From assembly GCA_963793875.1 (NCBI GenBank), contig CAWCBS010000008.1:3796-67795 (forward strand): 64,000 nt of DNA, given 5' to 3'. The translations under genes and the position numbers were made by a program. Positions 9,920-20,931 of the stretch are shown one piece after another (positions within the stretch are counted from its first letter, which is position 1; the number at the start of each line of letters is the position of its first letter). This stretch comes from an uncultured Chloroflexia bacterium (GTDB taxonomy: Bacteria > Chloroflexota > Dormibacteria > Aeolococcales > Aeolococcaceae). The notes under the pieces were generated by a model. The model was not told where the DNA came from. It ran no database searches and worked only from the letters and a program-made list of their open reading frames with translations.

Positions 9920-9957
9920 AAATTACATGATTACTCAGCAATCCAAGGAAGTCAACA
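9920..9957 (-). promoter_or_regulatory. AT-rich island directly upstream of the 9919 start codon (possible promoter or leaderless start)
   Basis: About 40 nt at roughly 35% GC in a roughly 70% GC context. The minus strand reads tgatgTTGACTtccttggattgctgagtaatcatgtaatttATG. There is no Shine-Dalgarno sequence, and I could not assign a -10 element confidently. Confidence 0.2.
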
Positions 9958-10551
9958 TCAGCCCAGGCCGCGGGCGGCTCCCTCCAGGGCGGCGCGCAGG
10001 AGCGGGCCGGCGAGCGGGTGCGCGGCCAGCGGCGAGCCGGCGCCGAGGATCTCGCGCCGGGTCTTGCGGAGGTAGCGACGGGTGAACGCGCGGTCGCCCT
10101 GGGCGACCACGTCGCCGATGTTGGAGAGCCGGTCCGCCGCCTTGACCAGGGTGGCATCGGGATCCTTCCAGATCTCGGCGAGGTGGGCCCGGCGGCGCGT
10201 TCCGGTCATCTCGGGCAGGGGATCGGTGAGCAGCGCCACCAGCTCCCGGGTCCGCTCTGGGAACTCGCCCAGATCGTGGACGGTGAGCTCCGAGTCCTCG
10301 ACCGCATCGTGGAGCAGCCCCGCGGCGAGGATCGCCGGATCGGTGACCCCCAGCCGCTCGTGGAGCAGGAGCGTCACCTCGACGAGGTGGTCGATGTACG
10401 GGGTCCCCTGGCGCCGGATCTGCCCGGCATGGGCCCGCTCGGCGATGGCGCGGGCGCGGCCCAGGAGGGCGGCGTCCGCAGCCGGCAGCCCGGCCAGCAG
10501 CGAGCTCAGCCCGGGGTCGAGGGCCGCGTCGGGGGACACGCGGCGGACCAT
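9958..10551 (-). CDS. HD-domain protein, RelA/SpoT-type (p)ppGpp hydrolase-like (small alarmone hydrolase)
   Basis: Motifs YIDHLVEV and LLHDAVEDS (HD...ED). The ATG at 10549-10551 was verified. The upstream part of ORF 9958..11781 is antisense to membrane-protein genes. Confidence 0.8.
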   Translation of the reverse strand: MVRRVSPDAALDPGLSSLLAGLPAADAALLGRARAIAERAHAGQIRRQGTPYIDHLVEVTLLLHERLGVTDPAILAAGLLHDAVEDSELTVHDLGEFPERTRELVALLTDPLPEMTGTRRRAHLAEIWKDPDATLVKAADRLSNIGDVVAQGDRAFTRRYLRKTRREILGAGSPLAAHPLAGPLLRAALEGAARGLG

Positions 10552-10675
10552 ACCGCGCCGCGCGGCCGCCGCCGCCCTGACGGGACCGGGCCGGTGAGCG
10601 GGGAGATCCACGGCACCCCGCCGGCCGGGCATGATCAGCGGCAGGGATCGGGCGGCCACCGAAGGATTGGTTGAG

Positions 10676-11452
10676 ATGAACGCGGGAGCCCTCTTCCTGG
10701 CGGTGTTCCTGGCCTCGGCGGTGGAGGCCGTCGAGGCCACCACCATCGTCCTGGCGGCCGGCACCGCCCGCGACTGGAGATCGGCCGGGTATGGGGCGGT
10801 GGCCGCGATCGCGCTCCTGGCCGTGATCGTGGCCGCCCTCGGGCCGGCGCTGACCAGGATCCCGACCGCGCCGCTGCGCCTGGTCATCGGGGCCCTCCTG
10901 CTCGTCTTCGGCGTCCAGTGGCTGCGCAAGGCGGTGCTCCGCGCCGGCGGGGTCAGGGCCCCGCACGACGAGGACGAGATCTTCAGGGCGAGGCTGGCGA
11001 CCGCCCGGCAGGCGGCCTCACACCGGGTGGGGACAGTCCCTGACTGGTACGGATTCACCCTCTCCTTCCAGGGGGTCCTCCTCGAGGGGACGGAGGTGGC
11101 CTTCATCGTGCTCACCTTCGGGAGCAACCAGCACGCGATCCCGCTGGCGGCGATCGCGGCGGTGGCCGCGGTGCTGGTGGTCGGCGCGGCCGGATTCGCC
11201 GTGCGCGCGCCGCTCGCGCGGGTGCCGGAGAACGCCCTGAAGTTCCTGGTCGGGGTCATGCTGACCGGGTTCGGCACCTTCTGGTCGGCGGAGGGGGCCG
11301 GAGCGCGCTGGCCCGGCTCGGACGCGGCCCTGCTCGTCCTCCTGCCGGCCATCGCCCTGCTCGGCCTGCTGCTCGCGTACGGGCTGCGCCGCCGCGGCGG
11401 CTCGCCCGCCCGTGGGGCGGTGGCCGCGTCCAGCCCCGCGGAGGCCGGCTGA
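10676..11452 (+). CDS. integral membrane protein (COG4280/GDT1-like)
   Basis: Six or so hydrophobic helices, with the repeated pattern AVEAVEATTIVLA / LLEGTEVAFIVLTFG. The ATG at 10676 is preceded by GAAGGA. Confidence 0.65.
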   Translation: MNAGALFLAVFLASAVEAVEATTIVLAAGTARDWRSAGYGAVAAIALLAVIVAALGPALTRIPTAPLRLVIGALLLVFGVQWLRKAVLRAGGVRAPHDEDEIFRARLATARQAASHRVGTVPDWYGFTLSFQGVLLEGTEVAFIVLTFGSNQHAIPLAAIAAVAAVLVVGAAGFAVRAPLARVPENALKFLVGVMLTGFGTFWSAEGAGARWPGSDAALLVLLPAIALLGLLLAYGLRRRGGSPARGAVAASSPAEAG

Positions 11453-11712
11453 TGGCGCGGCGGCTGAGGGCGGTGGTGACCTTCGTCGACGACCTCGTGA
11501 TCGGCGACGACTGGAGGGTCGCGCTGGGCCTGGCCGGAGCCATCGCGCTGACCGCCGTGCTGAGCCGCAGCCCGGTCCCGTGCTGGTGGGTGCTCCCGGC
11601 CGCCCTCCTGGTGCTGCTCCCGCTCAGCATCTGGCGGACGGCGCGCCGCCGAGCTGAAGCCGGCTCGCCTCAGACCAGGCGGCGGGCGTCCCGCGGGTCG
11701 AGGGCCACGTGA
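11452..11712 (+). CDS. small membrane protein (2 TM)
   Basis: 86-aa ORF with a TGATG start/stop overlap with the preceding membrane-protein gene. Two hydrophobic helices. The tail overlaps the glpX 3' end convergently. Confidence 0.4.
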   Translation: MARRLRAVVTFVDDLVIGDDWRVALGLAGAIALTAVLSRSPVPCWWVLPAALLVLLPLSIWRTARRRAEAGSPQTRRRASRGSRAT

Positions 11713-12638
11713 TGCTTGGTCCGGATGTCCCGGACCGTCCCGCTCTGAGCGCGCATCACCAGGCTGTGGGTCTCGGCCCACCAGTTGTGGTACTGAACGC
11801 CGCGCACCAGGCCCCCACCGGTCACCCCGGTGACCGCCACCGCGACGTCCCGGCCGGGGACCAGGTCATCGATCGTGATCTTCGCCTCCGCATCGATGCC
11901 CGCGGCGCTCAGCGCCGCGGACTCCTCCTGGTTGCGGACCCAGGGCCGGCACTGCATCTCCCCGCCCAGGCAGCGCAGCGCGCAGGCGGCGAGCACGGCC
12001 TCGGCGGTGCCGCCGGATCCGATCAGGACATCGATGCCGCTCCCCGGCCAGGCCGTCATCAGCGCGGCCGCGATGTCGCCGTCGCTGATGAGCACGAGCC
12101 GGCTCCCGAGGGCGCGCACCCGTTCCAGGAGGCCCTGATGCCGCGGGCGGTCGAGCAGCATGACGGTCAGGTCCTGCACCTGAACGTCCATGGCGAAGGC
12201 GATGCGGCGCAGGTTGTTCTCCGGGCTGTCGGCGATGTCGATCGCCCCCCGCGCGCGGGGCCCGACCGCGAGCTTGTGCAGGTATGCGCACGGCGGCGGC
12301 GTCGCGATCCCACCGGTCTCGGCGGCGGCAGCGATCGAGAGCGCCTGCGAGAGACCCTTGGCCACCAGGCTCACCCCGTCGACGGAGTCGATCGCGAGGT
12401 CCACCTGGTCCCGGCCCACCCCGACCCGCCTCCCCGGGTTGAGGGGGTCGGCCGCCCCGCCGACGTCGATCACCACGCGCCCGTCGAAGGGCATGCTGAG
12501 CAGGGCCTCCTCCATCGCGCGCTCCCCGACGTCGCGGGCACTGGTCTTGTCCCCGCGACCCAGCCAGCGTCCCACCGCGAGCGCCGCCGCCTCGGTGGCG
12601 CGCAGCAGCTCGAGGCCGCGGTGGCGCTCACGGCTCAA
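11670..12638 (-). CDS. glpX: class II fructose-1,6-bisphosphatase
   Basis: 322 aa with typical GlpX blocks: AAALAVGRWLGRGDK, AIDSVDG, LISDGDIAAAL, GSGGTAEAVLAA. Confidence 0.9.
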   Translation of the reverse strand: MSRERHRGLELLRATEAAALAVGRWLGRGDKTSARDVGERAMEEALLSMPFDGRVVIDVGGAADPLNPGRRVGVGRDQVDLAIDSVDGVSLVAKGLSQALSIAAAAETGGIATPPPCAYLHKLAVGPRARGAIDIADSPENNLRRIAFAMDVQVQDLTVMLLDRPRHQGLLERVRALGSRLVLISDGDIAAALMTAWPGSGIDVLIGSGGTAEAVLAACALRCLGGEMQCRPWVRNQEESAALSAAGIDAEAKITIDDLVPGRDVAVAVTGVTGGGLVRGVQYHNWWAETHSLVMRAQSGTVRDIRTKHHVALDPRDARRLV

Positions 12639-12682
12639 CCGCGCGGGCGAGACCGGGGCGGCCGGCCGGTGCTCTGCGGCGG

Positions 12683-15120
<2,438 letters not shown>

Positions 15121-15164
15121 GTCCGAGCGATCTTAGCCGGGCGGGTGCCCGGGGCGGACCGGGA

Positions 15165-16418
15165 TCAGCTCCCCGTTCCCACCGGGCTCGGCGTTCCCAC
15201 CGTGCTCGGCGTTCCCACCTTGATGGCGATGGTCTGGCTGGACGTCCCCCGGACCACAGTGAGCTCGGCGGTGTCACCGGGGCTGAGCCCGAGGCTGGCG
15301 GGATCGAAGGGGTGGGTGGCGTTGATCGAGATCCCGTTGACGCTCGTCACGATGTCGCCCACCTGGAGACCGGCGGCGGCGGCCGGGCCCCCGGGGTCCA
15401 CGGCCTCGACGAGCGCCCCCGGGGTGAGGTCCGCGGCGGCGGCGGTGACCGGGTCGATGTAGGTGGCCTCGACCCCGAAGCTCCCCTGAGCCCCGCTGGC
15501 GCCTCCGGAGACGGTGGTCAGCAGGGCGCTGGCCGCGTTCAGGGAGAGGGCGGTGAGACCGGGCGGAGCGGGGGCCTGGGTGATCGTCGTGACGATCCCG
15601 ATCAGGTTCCCGGCACTGTCGAGCACCGGGGCGCCGTCGGCGTCCGGCTCCGGGGTCGCGTCGATGCGGACGGCCCCCTGGACCGACTGGTCGTTGCCGG
15701 TGTCGGTGGTCACCGTCAGACCGACGGCGCTGACGGCACCGACCCCGACGCTCAGACCGCCCGAGGCGCTGCGACTGAGCGCGATGGCCTCGTCGCCGAT
15801 GGATGGCGGGGCGGCTGCGAAGGCGATCGGGGTGAGCCCGGTGGGGGTGAGCCCGGTCGCTGTGGTGATGCGCAGCATGGCCAGGCCGTGGGTGAGGTCG
15901 ATCTTGGCGATGACGGCGTCATACCCGCGGCCGTCGGGCAGCCCGACCCGGAGCTGGCTGGTGTTCTGCACCGCATGAGCGCTGGTGAGGATCAATCCAT
16001 CCGCGCTGACGATCACCCCGTCGACCAGGCTCGCCGTCCCGGCGGCCAGATCGGCGGGGGTCACCGCCTGGGTGGCGATGGTGACCACCGAGGCGGCGTT
16101 CGCCTGGGCCAGCTGACCGACGGTCTGAGCCTGGCTGCCCGGCGACCCGGTGATCTGCTGGTAGACGTTCCGCTCGACCGGGCCGTAGTGCTGGTAGATG
16201 GCCCAGGCGGCCGCCCCTCCCACCACCCCGCCGGCCAGGATCGCGAGCACGACCGCGGCGAGGAGCCGGAGACCCGGACCGGGCCTGATCAGCGGTTCGG
16301 CCGGCGAGCTGACCGGGTCGAGCCCGGCGGGGGAGCCCTCGGGACCCGCCGCGGAGGCCGGGTCGAGCTCGGCCGAAGAGCCCTCGGCAGGCGCCGCGGA
16401 GGCCGGGTGCTTGGTCAT
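15165..16418 (-). CDS. HtrA/S1C-like trypsin-fold plus PDZ protein with a degenerate catalytic triad, N-terminal TM anchor
   Basis: The trypsin-fold blocks are ILTSAHAV (His kept), THGLAMLRI (Asp position is Gly) and PDADGAPVLDSAGNLIGIV (GNSGG Ser position is Asp). The PDZ-like block is PGGPAAAAGLQVGDIVTSVNG. The ATG at 16416-16418 forms an ATGA overlap with the upstream MBL gene. Confidence 0.75.
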   Translation of the reverse strand: MTKHPASAAPAEGSSAELDPASAAGPEGSPAGLDPVSSPAEPLIRPGPGLRLLAAVVLAILAGGVVGGAAAWAIYQHYGPVERNVYQQITGSPGSQAQTVGQLAQANAASVVTIATQAVTPADLAAGTASLVDGVIVSADGLILTSAHAVQNTSQLRVGLPDGRGYDAVIAKIDLTHGLAMLRITTATGLTPTGLTPIAFAAAPPSIGDEAIALSRSASGGLSVGVGAVSAVGLTVTTDTGNDQSVQGAVRIDATPEPDADGAPVLDSAGNLIGIVTTITQAPAPPGLTALSLNAASALLTTVSGGASGAQGSFGVEATYIDPVTAAAADLTPGALVEAVDPGGPAAAAGLQVGDIVTSVNGISINATHPFDPASLGLSPGDTAELTVVRGTSSQTIAIKVGTPSTVGTPSPVGTGS

Positions 16419-17347
16419 CGGGGCGGGTCCGCCGCAGCCCGCCGCTCCAGGTAGAGGAGGATCCCGGCGGCGTTGCTGCGCACCCCGCTGAGGGCCTCCA
16501 GTCGGCTCCCGACGGCTTCGGGGCCGGCCCCGGGCGGGGTGCCGCCTGCCTCCGCGAGAGCGGCGGCCAGATCCTCGACCCCCGATCCCGGGGCAGCGCG
16601 GAGGAGCCGCTCGGCGGTCTCGACCCATCGGTTCAGGGTCTCCTCGGCCTCGAGCAGGGCCGCCTCCGGATCCGCGACCGGACCGTAGTGGGTCAGCACT
16701 AGGCGGGACGGGCGGAGGGAGTGGAAACGGTGCAGGCTGGCCACCGCCTGTTCGAGGTCGAAGTCGGGGGGAGGGGTGGCGGGGCGCAGGGCGCCGGCCC
16801 GCGGCAGCTGCACGCCCACTGCGTCGCCGACCAGCAGGGTCCCCGTCTGCTCGTCGAGCACCGCCTGGTGGTGCCGGGCGTGACCGGGCGAGTCGACGAG
16901 CCGGAGCCTGCGACCCCCACCGATGTCGAGGGTCAGGCCGTCGCCGGCCGCCACCACGCGGTCGGCGTCGACCGGGACCATCCGCCCGTAGAGGTCGTCG
17001 AGCAGAGGACCGTAGACACGAGCGGCGGACGAGATGAGTCTCTCGGGGTCGACGAGGTGGCGAGCCCCCTTCTCGTGCACGACCACGGTCGCCGCGGGGA
17101 AGGCCCGGGCGATGTCGCCCACTCCGCCCGCGTGGTCGAGGTGAATGTGGGTGACCACCACCCAGCGGAGGTCATGGGGGCCCACGCCGGCGCCGGCAAG
17201 CGCCTGCACGACGGTCGCCACCGAGGTCTGGGCACCGGTCTCGACGAGGGCCGGCTGAGGCCCCTCGACCAGGAATCCGGCGGTGAGCTGCTCGATCCCC
17301 CCGAGCAGGGTGTCGAGCTGCTGCAGCCCCGGGGCGATCTCCTCCAT
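16415..17347 (-). CDS. MBL fold metallo-hydrolase
   Basis: 310 aa with the motif VVVTHIHLDHAGG. Confidence 0.85.
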   Translation of the reverse strand: MEEIAPGLQQLDTLLGGIEQLTAGFLVEGPQPALVETGAQTSVATVVQALAGAGVGPHDLRWVVVTHIHLDHAGGVGDIARAFPAATVVVHEKGARHLVDPERLISSAARVYGPLLDDLYGRMVPVDADRVVAAGDGLTLDIGGGRRLRLVDSPGHARHHQAVLDEQTGTLLVGDAVGVQLPRAGALRPATPPPDFDLEQAVASLHRFHSLRPSRLVLTHYGPVADPEAALLEAEETLNRWVETAERLLRAAPGSGVEDLAAALAEAGGTPPGAGPEAVGSRLEALSGVRSNAAGILLYLERRAAADPPR

Positions 17348-17425
17348 GGCCCCGCAGGGTACCCCACCCGAGGGGAGGAGCTGGCCGGCGCAAGCGGTGC
17401 GATGGCCGGCGAAGCGGCCCCCTCC

Positions 17426-20400
17426 CTACGGCGACGGCGAGGCGGACGGCGACGCCGACGCGGACGGGGTCGGGACGGACACCCCACCGGCGGCGAGCAG
17501 CTGGTCGAGCTCGGTGATGTCGGCGTTGATGGCCGCCTGGGCCTGACCGGCGGCCGAGAGGTTGCCCGCCGCATAGTCCGCCTTGAGGTTGGCCTCCTGG
17601 GTGACCAGGTCGCCGATGATCGCCAGCTCCTGGGGCGTGTAGCCGCCGCTGGACGGCGAGGCCGTGGGGCTCGCCGTCGGCGACGCGCCGGGGGACGGCG
17701 TGGGTGACGGCGAGGGCGACGTCGACGAGCCGGGGAGGTTCAGCCCGGCGGGCAGGGTGGTGGTGCTGTAGAGGGTCTCGATGGCGGCCGACAAACTCGT
17801 CCCCAGGGCGACGCTGTTCTGCGTGCCGACGATGACGTAGCGGAGCTGCGGGAAGCTGATCCCGCTGGACTGGTTGGGGAGCACGTAGAAGGGCCGGACG
17901 TAGAGGAAGGAGTCGTCGTTGAAGGGCAGGACGATGACGTTGCCCAGGATCACCTGGGAGCCCGTCGCCCCGAGCAGGGTCCGCTGCTGGCTGATGGTGG
18001 GGTCGGTGTTCGAGTTGTTGTCGAACTGGTAGGGCCCGCGCACGTTGGTGTTGTTGCCGAGGGGGACCGCGACCAGGGGTGGATGGTCGGTCACCGTGTA
18101 GTCGGACTCCGCCGCCAGCCACGCGGTCATGTTGCTGGCCTGGCCGCCGCTCCCGCTGTTGTAGGGGCTGAACGTCTGCATCAGGACGAACTGCGGGGTC
18201 GGGTTGCCGGGCAGGGTCAGCTCCAGGTACTGGGGTGTGGTGGGGACCGGGGTGTTGTCCGGCTGCAGCCCCTGGGCGGGACTGTAGAAGTCGTTCTTGG
18301 AGAAGAAGTCGGCGGCCACCTGGGGGTCGGAGACGGGCAGCTGGTTGTCGACCTGGACCTGGGAGTAGACCTGGACCTGGTTGCTGAAGAGGTTCTCCGG
18401 GTAGCGCAGGTGCTGCACCAGGAAGGAGGGCATCTGGCTGATCGGGTGGAGCAGCCCGGGGTAGATGGCGCTCCAGGCGGCGGTGAGGGGCTCGCTGGGG
18501 TCCACCGCGTAGAGGGTCACGGCGCAGGTCCGGGCGTTGACCACCGCCTTGACGGCGTTGCGCTGGTAGGAGATCCCGTTCACGTTGTCGGACTCAGGGA
18601 AGTTGCCGGTCTCGACGTAGGCGTCGGCGATCCACATCAGGTCACCCGTCTGCGGGTCGGCCACGATGTAGGGGTCGCCGTCAACGGTGAGGAAGGGGGC
18701 GATGCTCTGGATCCGCTGGGTGACCGTGCGGTTGATCAGCACCTTGCTCTGGTTGTTGGGGATGCCACTCAAGAAGAGGTTGAGGCCGCCGAACTGGCTG
18801 ATCGAGGTGGCCAGCTTGTCGAACGGGTTGTTGATCGTGAAGCCGGCCATCTGGGTCCCGGCGTGCATGTAGGCATCCGGGGTGGAGGGATAGTTGAACT
18901 CGAGCTGGTTGGTGTTGACCACCACCGGCTGGCTGGTCTGCTGACCGCAGTAGATCTCGGGGTTGCCGCCGGTGCCGTTGAAGTCGAGCGCCGGGGGGGC
19001 CCCGGACTGGACCTGGGTGAGCGGCTGCTTGCCGTCCAGGATCTCCGGCTCGCCCTCGGGGCCGATCTGGCTGACCGAGACGGCGGTGATCCCGTAACCG
19101 TGGGTGTAGACGAAGGTGTTGTTGACGAAGTTGGAGTTGGGGATGTCACCCTCGGCGATCTCGCGGACGCCGATCATCACCTCGGTCTCCTGCCCGCTGG
19201 CGTTGGGGTAGCGGTCGACGGTGACGTTGTTGTCGAAGGTCTGGTAGGCGCGGGTCCGGTCGAGCTGGTTGAGCACCGCGGGGAGCTGGGTCGGATCCTG
19301 GACCCGGACATTGGCGAGCGTGCCCGGATCGGCGGCGAGGTCGCCACTCAAGGTGGGTGTGGTCACCGTCTTGAAGGGCTGGTTGACCACGCTCGGCTGG
19401 CTGCCCGTGGCCTGCAGGTCCCAGGCGTACCGGCTGGCGGTGAGGTAGTTGTCGATCGACTTGGCCTGGGCCGACTCGGCGTTCGGGTTGACGCTGGCGG
19501 CGGTGTACACCGCCTCCGGGATGCTGGTGAGCGCCGCGGCCAGGACCAGCCAGCCGCCGAGCAGCCCGCCGAGCCAGGCGACCGTGCGCCAGGTCGGCCG
19601 CCGCCGGCTCCTCCGCACCAGCAGGGCGATGGTCGCCGCGGCGAAGACGAGGGCGATGACCTGCAGGGCGGTGAGCACCGGGACGAGCACGTTGAGGTCG
19701 GTGGCGTTGGGCCCGACGAACGAGTACTGCGAGTTGCCCTCGGTGGCGAGGTGGTAGACGCTGAAGTGGGCCCCCAGGGCGGCCAGGACGAAGATGGCCG
19801 CCAGGGCCGCCCCGGCGTGGAGGATCCCGATCCGGAGCGCATCGTCGACGCTCTTCCCCTCGGCCGGGTGGAGCTGGACATCGACCTCCTCGGGCGCGTG
19901 GATGATGGTCAGGCTCACCGCCACCACGGCGGCGGCGCCGAGCAGGCCGATCACGGCCGCGCCCCAGAGCAGGGCCGAGACGCCGTCGATCACCGGCAGG
20001 GTGAAGACGTAGAAGCCGTAGTCCATGTGGAAGACGGGGTCGGTGGCGCCGAAGGCGTGGCCGTGGAGGAAGAGGAGCACGTCCTGCCAGTTCCCGGCGA
20101 GGTGGGAGCCTCCTCCGATCCCAGCCAGCACGGCGATCGCGATCCCGACCCAGAAGGTGATCCTGCCCGCCCGGGTGTCGATCGCGGAGACGGCGCGCGC
20201 CCAGAAGGGAACGCTCACCCCGACCAGCGCGCCGGTCAGGACCAGCCCGATCAGGAAGAGGACGACCTGGGCGATCAGGGGGGTCCAGAAGACGTTGGAG
20301 TGGCCGAGGCTCGAGAGGTAGAGGAAGTTGACCCGGAGGCTCATCAGCGCCAGGGCGACGATCACCAGCACGACGATCACCGCGAGGACGATCAGCAGGA

Positions 20401-20491
20401 TCTTGCGGACGCGGGTGAACCGGGGAGACCTGACCACGCGGGGCCGGCGCCGCCGGAAGAGGACCTCAGGGTCGAAGTTGAAGCTGCTCAC
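17426..20491 (-). CDS. UPF0182 family membrane protein
   Basis: 1021 aa. Seven or so N-terminal TM helices are followed by a large extracytoplasmic domain with FVYTHGYGITAV. The C-terminal tail is SP/TP-rich. Confidence 0.9.
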   Translation of the reverse strand: MSSFNFDPEVLFRRRRPRVVRSPRFTRVRKILLIVLAVIVVLVIVALALMSLRVNFLYLSSLGHSNVFWTPLIAQVVLFLIGLVLTGALVGVSVPFWARAVSAIDTRAGRITFWVGIAIAVLAGIGGGSHLAGNWQDVLLFLHGHAFGATDPVFHMDYGFYVFTLPVIDGVSALLWGAAVIGLLGAAAVVAVSLTIIHAPEEVDVQLHPAEGKSVDDALRIGILHAGAALAAIFVLAALGAHFSVYHLATEGNSQYSFVGPNATDLNVLVPVLTALQVIALVFAAATIALLVRRSRRRPTWRTVAWLGGLLGGWLVLAAALTSIPEAVYTAASVNPNAESAQAKSIDNYLTASRYAWDLQATGSQPSVVNQPFKTVTTPTLSGDLAADPGTLANVRVQDPTQLPAVLNQLDRTRAYQTFDNNVTVDRYPNASGQETEVMIGVREIAEGDIPNSNFVNNTFVYTHGYGITAVSVSQIGPEGEPEILDGKQPLTQVQSGAPPALDFNGTGGNPEIYCGQQTSQPVVVNTNQLEFNYPSTPDAYMHAGTQMAGFTINNPFDKLATSISQFGGLNLFLSGIPNNQSKVLINRTVTQRIQSIAPFLTVDGDPYIVADPQTGDLMWIADAYVETGNFPESDNVNGISYQRNAVKAVVNARTCAVTLYAVDPSEPLTAAWSAIYPGLLHPISQMPSFLVQHLRYPENLFSNQVQVYSQVQVDNQLPVSDPQVAADFFSKNDFYSPAQGLQPDNTPVPTTPQYLELTLPGNPTPQFVLMQTFSPYNSGSGGQASNMTAWLAAESDYTVTDHPPLVAVPLGNNTNVRGPYQFDNNSNTDPTISQQRTLLGATGSQVILGNVIVLPFNDDSFLYVRPFYVLPNQSSGISFPQLRYVIVGTQNSVALGTSLSAAIETLYSTTTLPAGLNLPGSSTSPSPSPTPSPGASPTASPTASPSSGGYTPQELAIIGDLVTQEANLKADYAAGNLSAAGQAQAAINADITELDQLLAAGGVSVPTPSASASPSASPSP

Positions 20492-20590
20492 GGCCCGGCC
20501 GATGGTACTCGCCTTGGCCCCGGCGATCGCGCCGCCACTCGGCCGGAAGCCCGCGCCGCTGGCCCTCCGGCCGGCGCGGGCGGCTTCCCG

Positions 20591-20896
20591 CTAGCGCCGC
20601 TGGAGCAGCAGGCGGACGTCGAAGGGGTCGCGCCGCCGCCGGATCCGCCGCGACACCTCGGGGCGGACCTGGACCATGTACGGCTCCTGCTCGCGGAGGA
20701 CCTCCTCGATGGCCTCGGCCACCAGCATCCCCGCGTGGACCGCCGGGACCCGACCGGCGAGGGCGTCCGCCATCTTCTCGGTGACCACCGTGATCTCCAT
20801 CTCGTGCGCCTGCTCCAGCAGGGTCAGGCAGTCATCGAGGCGGCGGAGCCGCTGCCGGCGATCCTCGCCACCGTGCAGCTCGATCATGGCGTCCAA
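20591..20896 (-). CDS. hypothetical protein
   Basis: 101-aa ORF with balanced, helical-looking composition, lying in the gap between uvrA and UPF0182. No family is recognised. Confidence 0.4.
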   Translation of the reverse strand: MDAMIELHGGEDRRQRLRRLDDCLTLLEQAHEMEITVVTEKMADALAGRVPAVHAGMLVAEAIEEVLREQEPYMVQVRPEVSRRIRRRRDPFDVRLLLQRR

Positions 20897-20931
20897 AATA
20901 GCGCAATTCGACCAAAGTCGGGAGTCCGGTC

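Noticed and set aside
9958-11781. 607-aa minus-strand ORF spanning the HD gene and the region opposite two membrane-protein genes.
   Set aside because: Only the last 197 codons (from the ATG at 10551) look like an HD hydrolase. The upstream 400 codons are Arg/Pro-rich and antisense to credible plus-strand membrane genes.
15175-15219. An 18-bp tandem repeat (2.5 copies, encoding the VGTPST/VGTPSP tail of the HtrA-like protein) and a 15-bp tandem repeat at about 15834-15862 (GLTPTGLTP).
   Set aside because: These are short in-frame coding microsatellites within low-complexity PT-rich segments. Similar PT/SP linkers occur in UPF0182, the FtsB-like protein and the lipoprotein, so this looks like a general compositional trait rather than a discrete element.
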